Assembly (NCBI GenBank): GCA_965541585.1
Contig: CBEUCH010000004.1
Coordinates: 1 to 64,000, forward strand
Source of the DNA: an uncultured bacterium
GTDB lineage: Bacteria; Zixibacteria; MSB-5A5; UBA10806
Direction: 5' to 3'
Length of the DNA stretch: 64,000 bases
In this document: in pieces, positions 29,901 through 39,499 of the stretch
Layout: every line of letters begins with the position of its first letter
Position numbering within the stretch: the stretch's first letter is position 1
Position numbers and translations under genes: made by a program
Notes under the pieces: model-generated
What the model saw: the letters and a program-made list of their open reading frames with translations, nothing else
What the model was told of the DNA's origin: nothing
Databases searched by the model: none

Positions 29901-29998
29901 CCGCCGGCCAGGAAGCCGGCCGTGCCCTGGCCATGAGTGAGGAAATGGATTATTATTGGGGCAAGAAGGACGCGAACGAAATTCTGGCATTAGTCTGA
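26909..29998 (+). CDS. Trypsin-like protease - STAND NTPase - TPR protein
   Basis: TCAHVV / DLVLL / GMSGA triad; GFGGEGKS Walker A, LFVLDGLE Walker B, LITSR, GHAITL, HPLIR; C-terminal TPR-like helices. Confidence 0.88.
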   Translation: MADGSITQKLRDFTVQIRHTKTDEIVGTGIAISLDGRIVTCAHVVMAAGVNPRLGKRIPGNWEMVVKSILKGKADPLIETKEAEIGVFVPKAKGEKKERRAKVTACFKDHDDDLVLLQLVGKPPPLAPEQIPVLAKADLSEGNPFSSYGYCPLGARKASRASGEIMGDIEVTSGEKLQADPIQLRSGEIDHGMSGAAVLDTKRNLIVGIIAETYYPKNISKHSQVGWAIDAKVLTFDPLKVQFNGDESLPLRESAKLSKDVMSQAEKSIVRDLSLTDYPAPSPLSEWVGREDLLKQLNQDWNDADTKVVGLIGFGGEGKSSLAGKWIADLLKDPKQKRPDGLFWWSFYDRRSVDEFFEAALTYLSRKNENLLKDFKTPNTRAKLIAGMLYSGDYLFVLDGLEVMQKQEGDDYGEFGSDDLRQFLEYFSAPGHSSFCLITSRAPVFDLMDHTTFIHRDVDRLSDDEGCALLKKVGVKGAESDLKKAVEQWDGHAITLSLIGAYLAKTHNGDIAHLNDIEPPTADEPRYERVHRILRRYDEHLTDDERAFLQLFSAFRTPVEESAFDKVFRTKTKENALNAPIAALNDAEFKALVKRLQNYRMLRHDPQENHYTTHPLIRAHYFTLLSQRASSQTQKTHEQIKDYYLSVAGEVPHHPTLEDLIPLIEVVHHACQAGAYDEAFRVYWVRIYQLDRKVLIHELGAYETDLALATQFFSAGDTSQEPQVSDPRYKSYILNDVGLCLMSLGRLSDAVPFFERMVKGYLAEDELAFASAGYRNLANLYADLGRLADSGQAAGEALQLARRAADKKTELNSLGYQAWAAHLSGDLETAGTAFQQEEDIEREVDSNKLYLYSLNGIQHADHLRRMGKADYARRVTKANLKICEKAHWADDISKCKRVLGDLEADAGVHERAGQHYENALKIARNITRQDVLIEALLARGRWQAKQAAQTKEHTSLQQAFSDLNEALGYATKGGFRIYEADIRVALAWAHLADEQQKPAGQEAGRALAMSEEMDYYWGKKDANEILALV

Positions 29999-30111
29999 AT
30001 CCTTACTTCGGGCATGAGCTGAAGAAGAGGTAAACGGCAACCGGGCGCATTGTTCCTGGGAGGGCTGTCAGGTACGGGTGAAGCGATGTTCAGTGGTGCA
30101 GGTGATACAAT

Positions 30112-30765
30112 TCAGGGTGAGAGGCGAAAATCCACCGTAACAGTATCTCCGGCCTTCACATCAATCACATCTGACTGCTCCTTCAGCTTCCCATGCCACG
30201 TAAGGAGAGTGTACTTGCCCGGCGGTACATCCTCGATAGAGTATTTGCCGTCCGGCCCCGTCAGTGAAAAGAACGGGTTCTGCAGAACAACAATGAACGC
30301 GGACATCTCACGGTGGACATTGCATAAGAGAGAGACGACTCCGGTATCGTCAAAAGTAATGTCACGAATACCCCCATAACCCCATGTACCGATATTGAAT
30401 GGTTTTGTTTTAGACGGTGAGAAAATATTATGATCAAAACTATCACTGTTGGCAAACTGAACCGTGGTCCCGACCAGAATCGGCATTACGTGCGGAACGA
30501 AGACCCTGTTGATTTGATCAAGGACCGGCTTTATACTGTCCGGCTTGAAATTCCCCTCTACCTTTTCCAGATATACAATCACATCTCTGGCGTCTCTGAT
30601 CCCTCTTGCTGATACAGTCCCGGTTATCGTGCATTTTTCGATATTCCGGGCGATCGAGGTTATTGCTTTTCCACTATCAGGGTCGTTGTCGGCCACCGCG
30701 TAGCTGCCAAAAGCCATCAAACAGAAGATCAACGTTAATAGTATCATAATGAAATCACTCCTCAC
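30112..30765 (-). CDS. Periplasmic cupredoxin-like protein with carboxypeptidase-regulatory-like flanks (copy 2)
   Basis: Signal peptide; DHNIF and CNVHREM provide His..Cys-x2-His-x2-Met type-1 Cu ligands. Confidence 0.75.
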   Translation of the reverse strand: MRSDFIMILLTLIFCLMAFGSYAVADNDPDSGKAITSIARNIEKCTITGTVSARGIRDARDVIVYLEKVEGNFKPDSIKPVLDQINRVFVPHVMPILVGTTVQFANSDSFDHNIFSPSKTKPFNIGTWGYGGIRDITFDDTGVVSLLCNVHREMSAFIVVLQNPFFSLTGPDGKYSIEDVPPGKYTLLTWHGKLKEQSDVIDVKAGDTVTVDFRLSP

Positions 30766-30877
30766 TTTTATGGTATTCGCTAATTATCCAATGGTTCCTG
30801 TGAGCATCGACGCTGCCTGTAATCCCTTTTACATCGGACAGTCCCGCTGTGAAACTCTTGCAGTCCGATGCCGGACT

Positions 30878-32293
30878 TCAGAAGGCAAATAAGACATTTA
30901 ACTTTATCCACTTGAGACTTTCACTGTTATCTGCCTCGACAGTATTTCCCGCGTTATCCGATTTATCTCTATCGATCTTGATGAAGCTCTCAATCGTGAG
31001 TCGGACATTCTCGCGAGCCAGCACCGTTACGTTGGGAGAAACCGTAAAATACTTGTCAAGATCGTTGTCATTCTGTTGAGAACTCACACCGCCAAGCCGA
31101 AAACCAGCGATCAGCCAGGGATACATGAGGTAATAGGTCTCTCCAAACCATGCCGTACTACTAATTTTTTTTTGATTCTCTGTCCCGGCCAGCATTGCGT
31201 TCGGGTTGTTGTCATCACCCGTGATAACGCCTGCATAGAAGTCGAGACGGCTGCGATTCAGGTGCAGATCAATGCCGTACCTGACGAAGTCATTATCTAC
31301 ATTTGTCCGTTGCTCGATCGAATCGGTCGGCGGAATCTGGATCCAGCTAACGTCTTCTCGCGTGTCGCTCCCATAGTAGATGTAGACTCCAGCAGTGATG
31401 GAATTGTCCATCCAATATTCCGTCTGTCTGGGTTCGGCCGACTCTTGAGACCGATAGCCGTCAAGCCCCAGCCTGCCAAACTTGATTGCCAGCCTGCTAT
31501 AGAAGTCCTTCTCGTCCGTTCTATCATCCAGCACTTTGCCTTCACCATTTACAACGCCAATAGCATACTGGTAGCGGTGATTTACGATTCCATTGATTTC
31601 GATGCCGGATTGTTGGTCCCTGGGGCGCCACTTGCCGGTGGCTTTGTAATCAAGCGTGGTAGCGTGTTCCAGCATGACCCTCTGATTGTCAACCAGACCT
31701 TCTGTAATACCAGGTTCTATTCGGCCTAACCTGATGTTGAAAGCATTCTCAGTACCAACGAGATCGTTTAACTGGAAAAAGAACCGTTTAAGTCCGATGG
31801 CATTCTCGCCATGTTCAAACAATACAAACTCCCCGAAAAAAGAAAAGGTCTTGTCAAAGGTGCCGCCGAACAAGAGTTCGAGTTCATGGGGCATGTCAAA
31901 TTCGATCTGATTGCCGCTCTTCGAAGCGCCATACTCAGTTATAAACCGCTGGTGGACATAGGCCGCGATTGGAAACTCTGCAGGCATCAAGCCCGGCCAG
32001 ATAGTATTGGGAAAGACTTCCTTCCAGGTTTCTGCACCCAACTCAATCGGATCCTGTTTGATTTGCGCCTTTTCCTGATCTGGCATAAAATACCCGTTTC
32101 TTCGAAATGCCTCGCCAAAGGCATTGCGTTTAGGGATAGCCACGTGACATGTAGTACAGGTCGTCTTGTACTTTCTGGCAAACGCCGGGATAGCCGCCGC
32201 ATCCCTGCAAAACATTATGATTACCAGCACAGCAAAGAGCACAATCGCGCACCGGCCAAAAAGTGCAGTATGATTCATAGTATTGTTTTGCAT
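30878..32293 (-). CDS. Cyc2-like monoheme cytochrome c - porin fusion (copy 2)
   Basis: AIPAFARKYKTTCTTCHVAIPKRNAFGEAFRRNGY after the signal peptide, then a beta-barrel ending LFAF. Start uncertain (32293, 32278 or 32350). Confidence 0.8.
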   Translation of the reverse strand: MQNNTMNHTALFGRCAIVLFAVLVIIMFCRDAAAIPAFARKYKTTCTTCHVAIPKRNAFGEAFRRNGYFMPDQEKAQIKQDPIELGAETWKEVFPNTIWPGLMPAEFPIAAYVHQRFITEYGASKSGNQIEFDMPHELELLFGGTFDKTFSFFGEFVLFEHGENAIGLKRFFFQLNDLVGTENAFNIRLGRIEPGITEGLVDNQRVMLEHATTLDYKATGKWRPRDQQSGIEINGIVNHRYQYAIGVVNGEGKVLDDRTDEKDFYSRLAIKFGRLGLDGYRSQESAEPRQTEYWMDNSITAGVYIYYGSDTREDVSWIQIPPTDSIEQRTNVDNDFVRYGIDLHLNRSRLDFYAGVITGDDNNPNAMLAGTENQKKISSTAWFGETYYLMYPWLIAGFRLGGVSSQQNDNDLDKYFTVSPNVTVLARENVRLTIESFIKIDRDKSDNAGNTVEADNSESLKWIKLNVLFAF

Positions 32294-32629
32294 GAGAACC
32301 GCTTTAAGCCGTCGCCCGGTTAATCCCGCGAGCGACCCGGCGAATCGCAAAAATCAAATTGCCTCGTAAAGACTACTATGCCGCAGAGCGATACCATTAC
32401 TGCCGGTGGGTTAGCTACATCATTCCACACACTATCCAACCCTTAGAATGGCTCCAATCTCATCCGGGCAAACCATACACCCGGGCAATCAAAACGGTAT
32501 TAACCCGGCGTCTATTTGTCAAGTTCTATCGGGCGTTGATCCTACGCTCGCTCCGGTTTTTTGGCTACTCTCACGGTTGCCGTTCTTCAACTTCTGTCCG
32601 GGTATCAGATGCCCGTGACCGCAGAGGAT

Positions 32630-33055
32630 TCATTCGCTACCGATCCTGGAAAGGTACATGACGTAGTAGCTGGCATTTTTGATATCCGTGTCCGAAAGTG
32701 TCTTTCCCCATGCAGGCATTAGATGAGAAAATCCGACCGCTGCGCCGCCCGAGGATATTGTTTCTTCTATCAGGGCGCTATCCAGTCGTGCCTGATAACT
32801 TGAGTCCGCAAAATTCCTCGGCCTGGGATCAAGATTGTAAGCATTAAATCCATCTCCTCTGCCTTCGGCCCCGTGGCAAATCGAACAGTATTTTCCGTAG
32901 ACCTTTCTGCCATTAGCAAGATCGCTATCCACAATCTCCTCAAAACTATTTGCGGTTTCCAGCACAAGATCCCGCTGCGGTGTTTCCTGTTTCGAGCATG
33001 AAAAGAGAAAAACCAGTATGGCCATGGCTGTTAATGTGTTGCTGACAATTCTCAT
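32630..33055 (-). CDS. Monoheme cytochrome c lipoprotein
   Basis: LFSC lipobox, CSICH, MPAW distal Met. Confidence 0.88.
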   Translation of the reverse strand: MRIVSNTLTAMAILVFLFSCSKQETPQRDLVLETANSFEEIVDSDLANGRKVYGKYCSICHGAEGRGDGFNAYNLDPRPRNFADSSYQARLDSALIEETISSGGAAVGFSHLMPAWGKTLSDTDIKNASYYVMYLSRIGSE

Positions 33056-35043
33056 TTTTTCCCCTTCTTCATAGCCATCAGAGCTGCGGTGATTTGCCTT
33101 GATTCGATATCGGAGAAGCCAAAATCAGGCTGAATAGTGGCCGGCCTGTATTTTTGAGGGTCTATCATCCAGCTATACACCCAGCCTGCTTCCAACCGGT
33201 TCCCGCAGTCATCAAGCGTCGGACCAAGGTAACCGCCGTTACCATCAATAATGTGGCAGTTCACACATTGCAGAGAATCAACAATGCGCCTGCCTGTCTC
33301 GACATCAGTCGGTTCAAACTCGTATTCAAAAAACCTGGGGATATCGTCACTTATATACACTTTTTTGATGTACTCGGCCATGAGAGATGCTTCTCTTTCA
33401 GTCATCCTGAAATGAGGCATTCGTTCCGGAAGTATCGGCCGGACGGCATATGGGCGGATGAGATAATCCCTCAACCATTCGAATTTGACTATACTTCCTT
33501 CAATTGTCAGGGGCACCGTGGAGATTGTACCCCCGTACCTGTCAATTGAGTGACAACTAATGCAACTATATTTCTCGAATAATTCGCCAAACTCGCCGGC
33601 CGGTTTCTTATAAAGAGACTTTTCAGATTCTTCAACAAGATGTTTGGCAGAATAATTTTTTCCCTTGTTGCCGAGCATAGCGATAGTTATTTCAAATGCC
33701 TCTTTCTCCGTAAAGTAGAAATTAGGCATAATGCTCGTAGAATCGAAAACGTCAGGCTGTTTCAATTTCATAAAAATCCAGTTGTAAAGGGTCGGAACAA
33801 TATCATCATAGCCTCCGAAATTCAAGCTCGATTCCAGGCGATCGCCGATATTGGACAGCTTGGGTCCTATTTTGATGGATTTGTTTTCCCCGGCAATGTT
33901 ATGGCATCCGCCGCAGCCGTATTTTTTGAATAGTCTCTCCCCATGCCGAATCTGCTCCTGTATTCTCGAAGAGGATATTGGTATATCGATTTTAACGGTA
34001 TCCCCGGGGAAAATATATTCATCCTCGGAAAATTCCTCGATTAAATAAGCCGCAATATCAAGAGCGTTCTGATTGCTGAAATAATATTCCAGCATCTTCT
34101 TTTCGGGTTGGTAGTAATGCACGTTTCGCACGAAGTTCGGAAGCCAGATCTCCCTGGCCTTGTCGCCGATTCTTTCGAGTTCCGGGGCAAAGTTTCCACC
34201 CCGGCCATGTATATTGTGACAGGTTATACATCTTGATTCGCTTACGAGGATCTTACCGGAATCCTCATCTCCCACTCCGGATGGCAGCCGGTCAATATAA
34301 ATCGGAGGTGAATTCTTCCCATCGAGACTCATTAGAAATTCGACGAGATCATAAATATCCTCATCATTGAACCGGAACGACGGCATACGAGAATTACTCA
34401 GATAATCTTTCGGATTTTTCAACCAGTGGAAAAGCCAGCCCCTGGTAACCTTGTTACCAATACCGTCCAGATCAGGTCCATTGGTTTCCTCCTCAAAAAA
34501 GCGGTTAATGTCATGACAGCCGGTACAGCCTCTGTCCTTGATGAGGAGTCTCCCATCCGTAAGAATATTCGCTTCAGGTACCTCCTCGGATTGATGGCAA
34601 GTACCACAGGAAGCCTGGATCAACTCGCGCGGAAGCATTGTCTCGTTCCAGAAGTCAAGCTTGTCATGCGCCGCTTTCTCATACGATACTGCATATCCCT
34701 GCCCGAAATGGCAGGAAGTACAGCCGAAATCTTTGCTTTTATGGATACTTAACAGATTTCCCGGATGGGTATTGAATGGTGAGGGAGCTTTTCTATATTT
34801 ATTGCTCTCGATGCCGAGATGGCAGGTTGGACAACGGTCCACTATACCTAAGCCTTCCACTACAATCTGCTTTATCCCGGGCTTGACCGAGGAGCCGTCT
34901 TTTGTCATAGAGTAAAACCTGTTTTCATCAATTTCTGAAAAATCGATCTGGACCCGCTTCCATTCCTGATTGAAATCATCAACAAGGATTAGAATAAAGC
35001 TGATGAAAAGGAAAACTCCCGATATGTAAATCCAGCGTTTCAT
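33052..35043 (-). CDS. Membrane-anchored octaheme cytochrome c
   Basis: N-terminal TM; 8 CxxCH (CPTCH, CTSCH, CGTCH, CTGCH, CITCH, CGGCH, CISCH, CVNCH); several class-I-like MP motifs. Confidence 0.92.
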   Translation of the reverse strand: MKRWIYISGVFLFISFILILVDDFNQEWKRVQIDFSEIDENRFYSMTKDGSSVKPGIKQIVVEGLGIVDRCPTCHLGIESNKYRKAPSPFNTHPGNLLSIHKSKDFGCTSCHFGQGYAVSYEKAAHDKLDFWNETMLPRELIQASCGTCHQSEEVPEANILTDGRLLIKDRGCTGCHDINRFFEEETNGPDLDGIGNKVTRGWLFHWLKNPKDYLSNSRMPSFRFNDEDIYDLVEFLMSLDGKNSPPIYIDRLPSGVGDEDSGKILVSESRCITCHNIHGRGGNFAPELERIGDKAREIWLPNFVRNVHYYQPEKKMLEYYFSNQNALDIAAYLIEEFSEDEYIFPGDTVKIDIPISSSRIQEQIRHGERLFKKYGCGGCHNIAGENKSIKIGPKLSNIGDRLESSLNFGGYDDIVPTLYNWIFMKLKQPDVFDSTSIMPNFYFTEKEAFEITIAMLGNKGKNYSAKHLVEESEKSLYKKPAGEFGELFEKYSCISCHSIDRYGGTISTVPLTIEGSIVKFEWLRDYLIRPYAVRPILPERMPHFRMTEREASLMAEYIKKVYISDDIPRFFEYEFEPTDVETGRRIVDSLQCVNCHIIDGNGGYLGPTLDDCGNRLEAGWVYSWMIDPQKYRPATIQPDFGFSDIESRQITAALMAMKKGKK

Positions 35044-35055
35044 TCCATCTCCGAT

Positions 35056-36306
35056 TTACCAGGGCCACACGAAGTGCCAGTTTTCTCCCCGGAAGAAAGT
35101 ACCGATAATAATTAGAATCACCATGGCAATCACGAATACGCCAAACAGGATATTTTGACGTTTTCTATATTTGGAGAACCAGATACCGGTGCCCTTTCCC
35201 TTGGAATCAATGTAAGGAAGAATTACCAGGCCGACCACAATCAGGAAAGGCAATAGTACCCCTCCCAGAAAAGCCGAGTAATGCACTAGCTCCTGCAGGC
35301 CGAGAAAATACCATGGCGCTTTCGCAGGATTCGGTGTAACTGTCGGATTTGCCTGTTCCTCGAGAGGGGCATTGAAGTAGACCGAGGCAATATTCAAAAG
35401 GGCTATAACGATTACGGTAGCAAGCAGTTCCTTGGGTATCAGATGGGTCCAGGTGAAAACAAAGTTCTCCGGATTTTTCTCGGCTGTAATTTCAGTTCCG
35501 TTGGCCACGCTCATCAGGCCATATGTTTTTGTTGGCGATTCGGTAACGCTTTGTTTTATGGTTGTGTCTGTATTTTCAGGTCCTGATATCCCGCCGTCTT
35601 TTCTAATCCTCCAGAAATGAATTGCCAGTGCGGCAATAGCTAATGAAGGAAGGACGAAGCAATGGAATACATAAAACCTGATAAGAGCACCCTGCCCGAC
35701 AATATTCCCGCCAAGCAGAAGAAACTTGATTTTCTCACCGATAACAGGCGCGTAGCTGGCCATGCTGGTGCCCACCGTAATCGCCCAGAAAGCCAGCTGA
35801 TCCCACGGTAACAGGTAACCGGTAAAGCTCAGTCCGATAGTAAAAAGAAAGAGGGATACCCCGACAACCCAGTTAAACTCTCGAGGTTTACGGAACGAGT
35901 AAGTAAAGAAAACTCGGCACATGTGCAAGAATACTGTTACAACCATTGCATGAGCGGCCCAGCGGTGCATATTCCTCAGGATTCGGCCATAGGATACTAC
36001 CATCTCGATATCCTTGATACTCTGGTAGGCTTTTTCGGTTGATGGGATATAATAAAAGGCCAGGAGTATTCCAGTGACGACGAGCACCAGGAATAGCAAA
36101 AACGAGATCCCCCCCAATCCCATGGTGTACCAGAACCTGACGCTGTCTTTGCGTACCTTGACCGGGTGAAGATGAAACGCAACATTGCTGGTGATAGCCA
36201 GCGACCGGTTCAGGTCGTTATCGACTTTTCCATGACGGAAAAATGATTTCCAGACCCTGCTTTTTACAAGCCAATCTCTGGTCTTTTGATATAACTGCGC
36301 CATCAA
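35056..36306 (-). CDS. Cytochrome b of a Rieske/cytb complex (b6 + subunit IV-like regions in one chain)
   Basis: [27 protein letters not shown] heme ligands; KAPWYF in place of PEWY. Confidence 0.93.
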   Translation of the reverse strand: MMAQLYQKTRDWLVKSRVWKSFFRHGKVDNDLNRSLAITSNVAFHLHPVKVRKDSVRFWYTMGLGGISFLLFLVLVVTGILLAFYYIPSTEKAYQSIKDIEMVVSYGRILRNMHRWAAHAMVVTVFLHMCRVFFTYSFRKPREFNWVVGVSLFLFTIGLSFTGYLLPWDQLAFWAITVGTSMASYAPVIGEKIKFLLLGGNIVGQGALIRFYVFHCFVLPSLAIAALAIHFWRIRKDGGISGPENTDTTIKQSVTESPTKTYGLMSVANGTEITAEKNPENFVFTWTHLIPKELLATVIVIALLNIASVYFNAPLEEQANPTVTPNPAKAPWYFLGLQELVHYSAFLGGVLLPFLIVVGLVILPYIDSKGKGTGIWFSKYRKRQNILFGVFVIAMVILIIIGTFFRGENWHFVWPW

Positions 36307-36797
36307 GCCATCAGCCTGAAGTTTTTGTCCACTTCTTTCCGGGTGTTTACCTGAAGCTTATCGTCGCTGGTTAAGGTCAATTCATACCACTTTAATGGCT
36401 TTGGAGCGGGCCCGCTGATAGTCTTACCGTTTTTATCAAAAGTCGAACCATGACAGGGACAATCAAATCCTATCCTGTCATCGTTCCACATGACATTGCA
36501 TCCGAGGTGGCTGCATATCGATGAGACGGCGTAAAATCCCTCCTGCGTGCGGAAAATAAACAGACGGCTTTCATCAAGAAAAGTTACCGAGTCGGCAGGG
36601 AAATCCTCAATGCCGCCTACAGTGAATATTGTGGGGGGTTCGTATAAAACATTAGGAAGCATAAACCGCATCGTAGACACTACAATTCCCCCCAGGCCGG
36701 CAAAAAAGCTGAATTTACCGAGGGTCTCCAGGAATTTCCGCCGTGAACTTCCCGTCTTGCTGTCCCGGTTGCCGTTTTCAGGCATTGGTGTATTCAT
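36303..36797 (-). CDS. Rieske [2Fe-2S] protein
   Basis: SRRKFL Tat anchor, CSHLGC and CPCHGS. Confidence 0.95.
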   Translation of the reverse strand: MNTPMPENGNRDSKTGSSRRKFLETLGKFSFFAGLGGIVVSTMRFMLPNVLYEPPTIFTVGGIEDFPADSVTFLDESRLFIFRTQEGFYAVSSICSHLGCNVMWNDDRIGFDCPCHGSTFDKNGKTISGPAPKPLKWYELTLTSDDKLQVNTRKEVDKNFRLMA

Positions 36798-38586
36798 TAA
36801 ATAGGATTTTCTCCATCGTTATGGTTTGCGTAGGACATCTTTTGGCACACTGGCCGCATCTAATACATGACGTTTCATCTTTAATAATGGCAAAACGCTT
36901 ATCATCCAGAACACTTGATTCCCCGGCCTGTTTGCCGGTTACCTTCAACTTTGCCGGATCCACTATTCGCAGGCAGTCAAACGGACAGACATCGACACAA
37001 CCCCCGCAGAGAATACACTTATCGCTGTCGAATATGGTATTGATATTACACTTCAGGCAGCGAGAAGCCTCCATTCGAGCTTCTTCATCTGAGTACACCA
37101 TCTCCACCTCGCTGAAGCCGGTACGGCGGTCGACCTCGATCTGGGGAATCTCAACTCTCTTTGAAGATTCAAAGCCTTCGGGCATGGTATATTTCGAGGT
37201 GTCCATCATCCGGAAATAATAGGCTTGATTGGGGAGGCTTTTAGGATCAATATAATTCATAATCGATCTGGCGGCCCGTTTGCCGTTGGCGACAGAGTCG
37301 ATAACGATCCTGGGGCCGAATACTGCATCTCCACCGGCGAAGACACCCGGGATATTGGTTTCCAGCGTATCAGGATCTGCTTTTATATTACCGTTGGGAT
37401 TTAAGTAAAGGTTTTCGTCGAGAGTAAAAGAACCCGGGTCAACCTGTTGGCCGATAGCCATGATAACTGTGCCGCCATCGATAACTGACTCAGTGTTTTC
37501 CAGAAAAGTCGGATTGAATCTACCCTCACTGTCGAAAACAGACAGGACATCAAGCACCTTCAAACCGATGGCACTTCCGGCGCGGCCGAGGATTTCTCTG
37601 GGACCTCTGGAAGTGTGAAAAACAACGCCCTCAGCCTTCGCCTCGTCGATCTCATAGCGATGGGCCGGCATTTCCTCCCATGATTCCAGGCAGACAACGT
37701 GCACTTCCTTGGCTCCCAGGCGCAAGGCGGCGCGGGCGGCATCGATAGTGGCGCTGCCATCGTCAGTCTCAGAATCGCTTTCATCTCTTATCGCGGAACG
37801 GGCGATATCAATGGCCACGTTTCCACCACCGATCACGATCACGCGGTCGGCAAGGTCAACTTTGTAACCGAGGTTAACGTTGATCAAAAAATCGATACCA
37901 TTGATGACACCATCAAGATCGCTGCCGGGAATCGCGACACCTTTGCTCTTGGAGGCTCCAATACCCATAAATATCGCTCTGTAGCCCTGGTCTTTTAATG
38001 TCTGGAGTGAAAAATCCCGGCCCAATGCCCACCCGGTTTTTATTTGCACGCCGAGATGCAGTACCCGCTCGAACTCCATCCTGATCAAGTATCGTGGCAG
38101 GCGGTATTCCGGAATACCGAGATAGAGCATGCCACCGACTACACGAGTTGATTCGAAAATGGTTACCTCATAACCGTTAAGGGCAAGATAATATGCGCAT
38201 GAAATACCCGAGGGTCCGGCGCCTATTACAGCAACCTTGATACCGTTTGACGGTGGCCGTTTTCTTGGCAGATACTTTTTCCCCGATTCCGGACCGAATT
38301 TTTCGCAGGCAATACGTTTTAAGGCTCGGATAGAGATGGGGTTGTCGATATCACCGCGCCTGCAAACTGACTCACATGGATGAGCACAGACCCGGGCGCA
38401 GATAGAGGCCAGGGGATTGGGAGCGGCTGCAACCTCATACGCCTCATTGAGGTTACCGTCCGCAATCGCCTGTACGTAGCGGCCGGCATGAGTGTTTACC
38501 GGACAGCCTTTCCGGCAGGGAATCAGATCCAGGTAATATTCGAGATCTGGAATAACGACATTATATGTGTCTTTTTGTTGGGGCAT
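36778..38586 (-). CDS. FAD/FeS NAD(P)-dependent oxidoreductase (GltD/NfnB/DsrL-like) with C-terminal ferredoxin
   Basis: CRKGCP, CARVCAHPCESVC, GAGPSG, GGGNVA, FAGGD, CLKC, CILCGGCVDVCP, CIRCGQCAKRCP; no signal peptide. Confidence 0.9.
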   Translation of the reverse strand: MPQQKDTYNVVIPDLEYYLDLIPCRKGCPVNTHAGRYVQAIADGNLNEAYEVAAAPNPLASICARVCAHPCESVCRRGDIDNPISIRALKRIACEKFGPESGKKYLPRKRPPSNGIKVAVIGAGPSGISCAYYLALNGYEVTIFESTRVVGGMLYLGIPEYRLPRYLIRMEFERVLHLGVQIKTGWALGRDFSLQTLKDQGYRAIFMGIGASKSKGVAIPGSDLDGVINGIDFLINVNLGYKVDLADRVIVIGGGNVAIDIARSAIRDESDSETDDGSATIDAARAALRLGAKEVHVVCLESWEEMPAHRYEIDEAKAEGVVFHTSRGPREILGRAGSAIGLKVLDVLSVFDSEGRFNPTFLENTESVIDGGTVIMAIGQQVDPGSFTLDENLYLNPNGNIKADPDTLETNIPGVFAGGDAVFGPRIVIDSVANGKRAARSIMNYIDPKSLPNQAYYFRMMDTSKYTMPEGFESSKRVEIPQIEVDRRTGFSEVEMVYSDEEARMEASRCLKCNINTIFDSDKCILCGGCVDVCPFDCLRIVDPAKLKVTGKQAGESSVLDDKRFAIIKDETSCIRCGQCAKRCPTQTITMEKILFNEYTNA

Positions 38587-38596
38587 CTTTGCCCTT

Positions 38597-39205
38597 TTAT
38601 CTATTGAGTTTGAATTCTCTCTCAATAGTACCCTTTTCGGAAACTTCCACGGCCTGCGATTCGGCTTTCAATTTCGGATGCCACACTTTCAGAGTGTAGC
38701 TTCCTTCGGGGACATTGTCAATTTGAAAACTTCCCGAGTCATCCGCCATGGAAAAGTAAGGACTTTCCATTATCACCACGAAGGCTTCCATTTCCGGGTG
38801 AACATTACAGAGCATGACCGCATCGCAAACCTTATCGCACCTTTTCTCAAAAGTAAATGACCTTATTTCGCCTGCCGGCCATGTACCCAGGTTAAACTTA
38901 TCAGCAGACTTATCAGGTGTAAACACATTATGTGCAACTTCGTCGCTATTTAGAAAGTCTACGGTGGTCCCTGCCAGGACCGGAAGTATGTGAGGGATGA
39001 ATACCAGGTTTTTCTGATCCATAACTTCGTGTTTTGCGGGTGCTTTGAATTCGCCCTGTATGCCCTCGATATAGATCAGGGTATGCGGCAGATATTTGCT
39101 TTTTTTAGCTGTTATCTTGCCCTTAATTGTACCTGCCTGAATAGGAATCCATGTCAGAAAACTGGCAATCAGCATGGCGACCGTTAACAGCCTGATATTT
39201 CTCAT
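38597..39205 (-). CDS. Periplasmic cupredoxin-like protein (copy 1)
   Basis: Signal peptide; AHNVF and CNVHPEM; paralog of 30112-30765. Confidence 0.75.
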   Translation of the reverse strand: MRNIRLLTVAMLIASFLTWIPIQAGTIKGKITAKKSKYLPHTLIYIEGIQGEFKAPAKHEVMDQKNLVFIPHILPVLAGTTVDFLNSDEVAHNVFTPDKSADKFNLGTWPAGEIRSFTFEKRCDKVCDAVMLCNVHPEMEAFVVIMESPYFSMADDSGSFQIDNVPEGSYTLKVWHPKLKAESQAVEVSEKGTIEREFKLNR

Positions 39206-39335
39206 ATCATCTCCTCATCCGTTTCCACATTTAGAATTAATCCAAGGCATAATCCGGGGGAGTTTCCGCACCGGTAACATCGGCTTGCCTGCCGAATATC
39301 CAGAATCTTTAACCCTCTACGGGCTGGTTTTGTTC

Positions 39336-39499
39336 TCCCCCGGGTAGCGCATTCCTTTTTTGTTAAATGCCTTGCCAAAGCCGTTAAGGCGAGGATAGGC
39401 TTAGTGGCAGGTGCTGCAACTGGTCTTGTACTTTCTGGCGAAAGTCGGGATAGCATTTACGGTCCCCGCCAGTAAAGCCGCCAGGAACAAGCAGGCCAT
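39336..39499 (-). pseudogene. Tandem partial duplicate of the cyc2-like 5' end (32-aa ORF 39401-39499)
   Basis: MACLFLAALLAGTVNAIPTFARKYKTSCSTCH*AYPRLNGFGKAFNKKGMRYPG; DNA closely similar to ~40595-40753. Confidence 0.8.

Noticed and set aside
39202..39456. 84-aa ORF in the track
   Set aside because: It is an alternative frame across the duplicated cyc2 5' fragment, with no RBS or recognisable motif.
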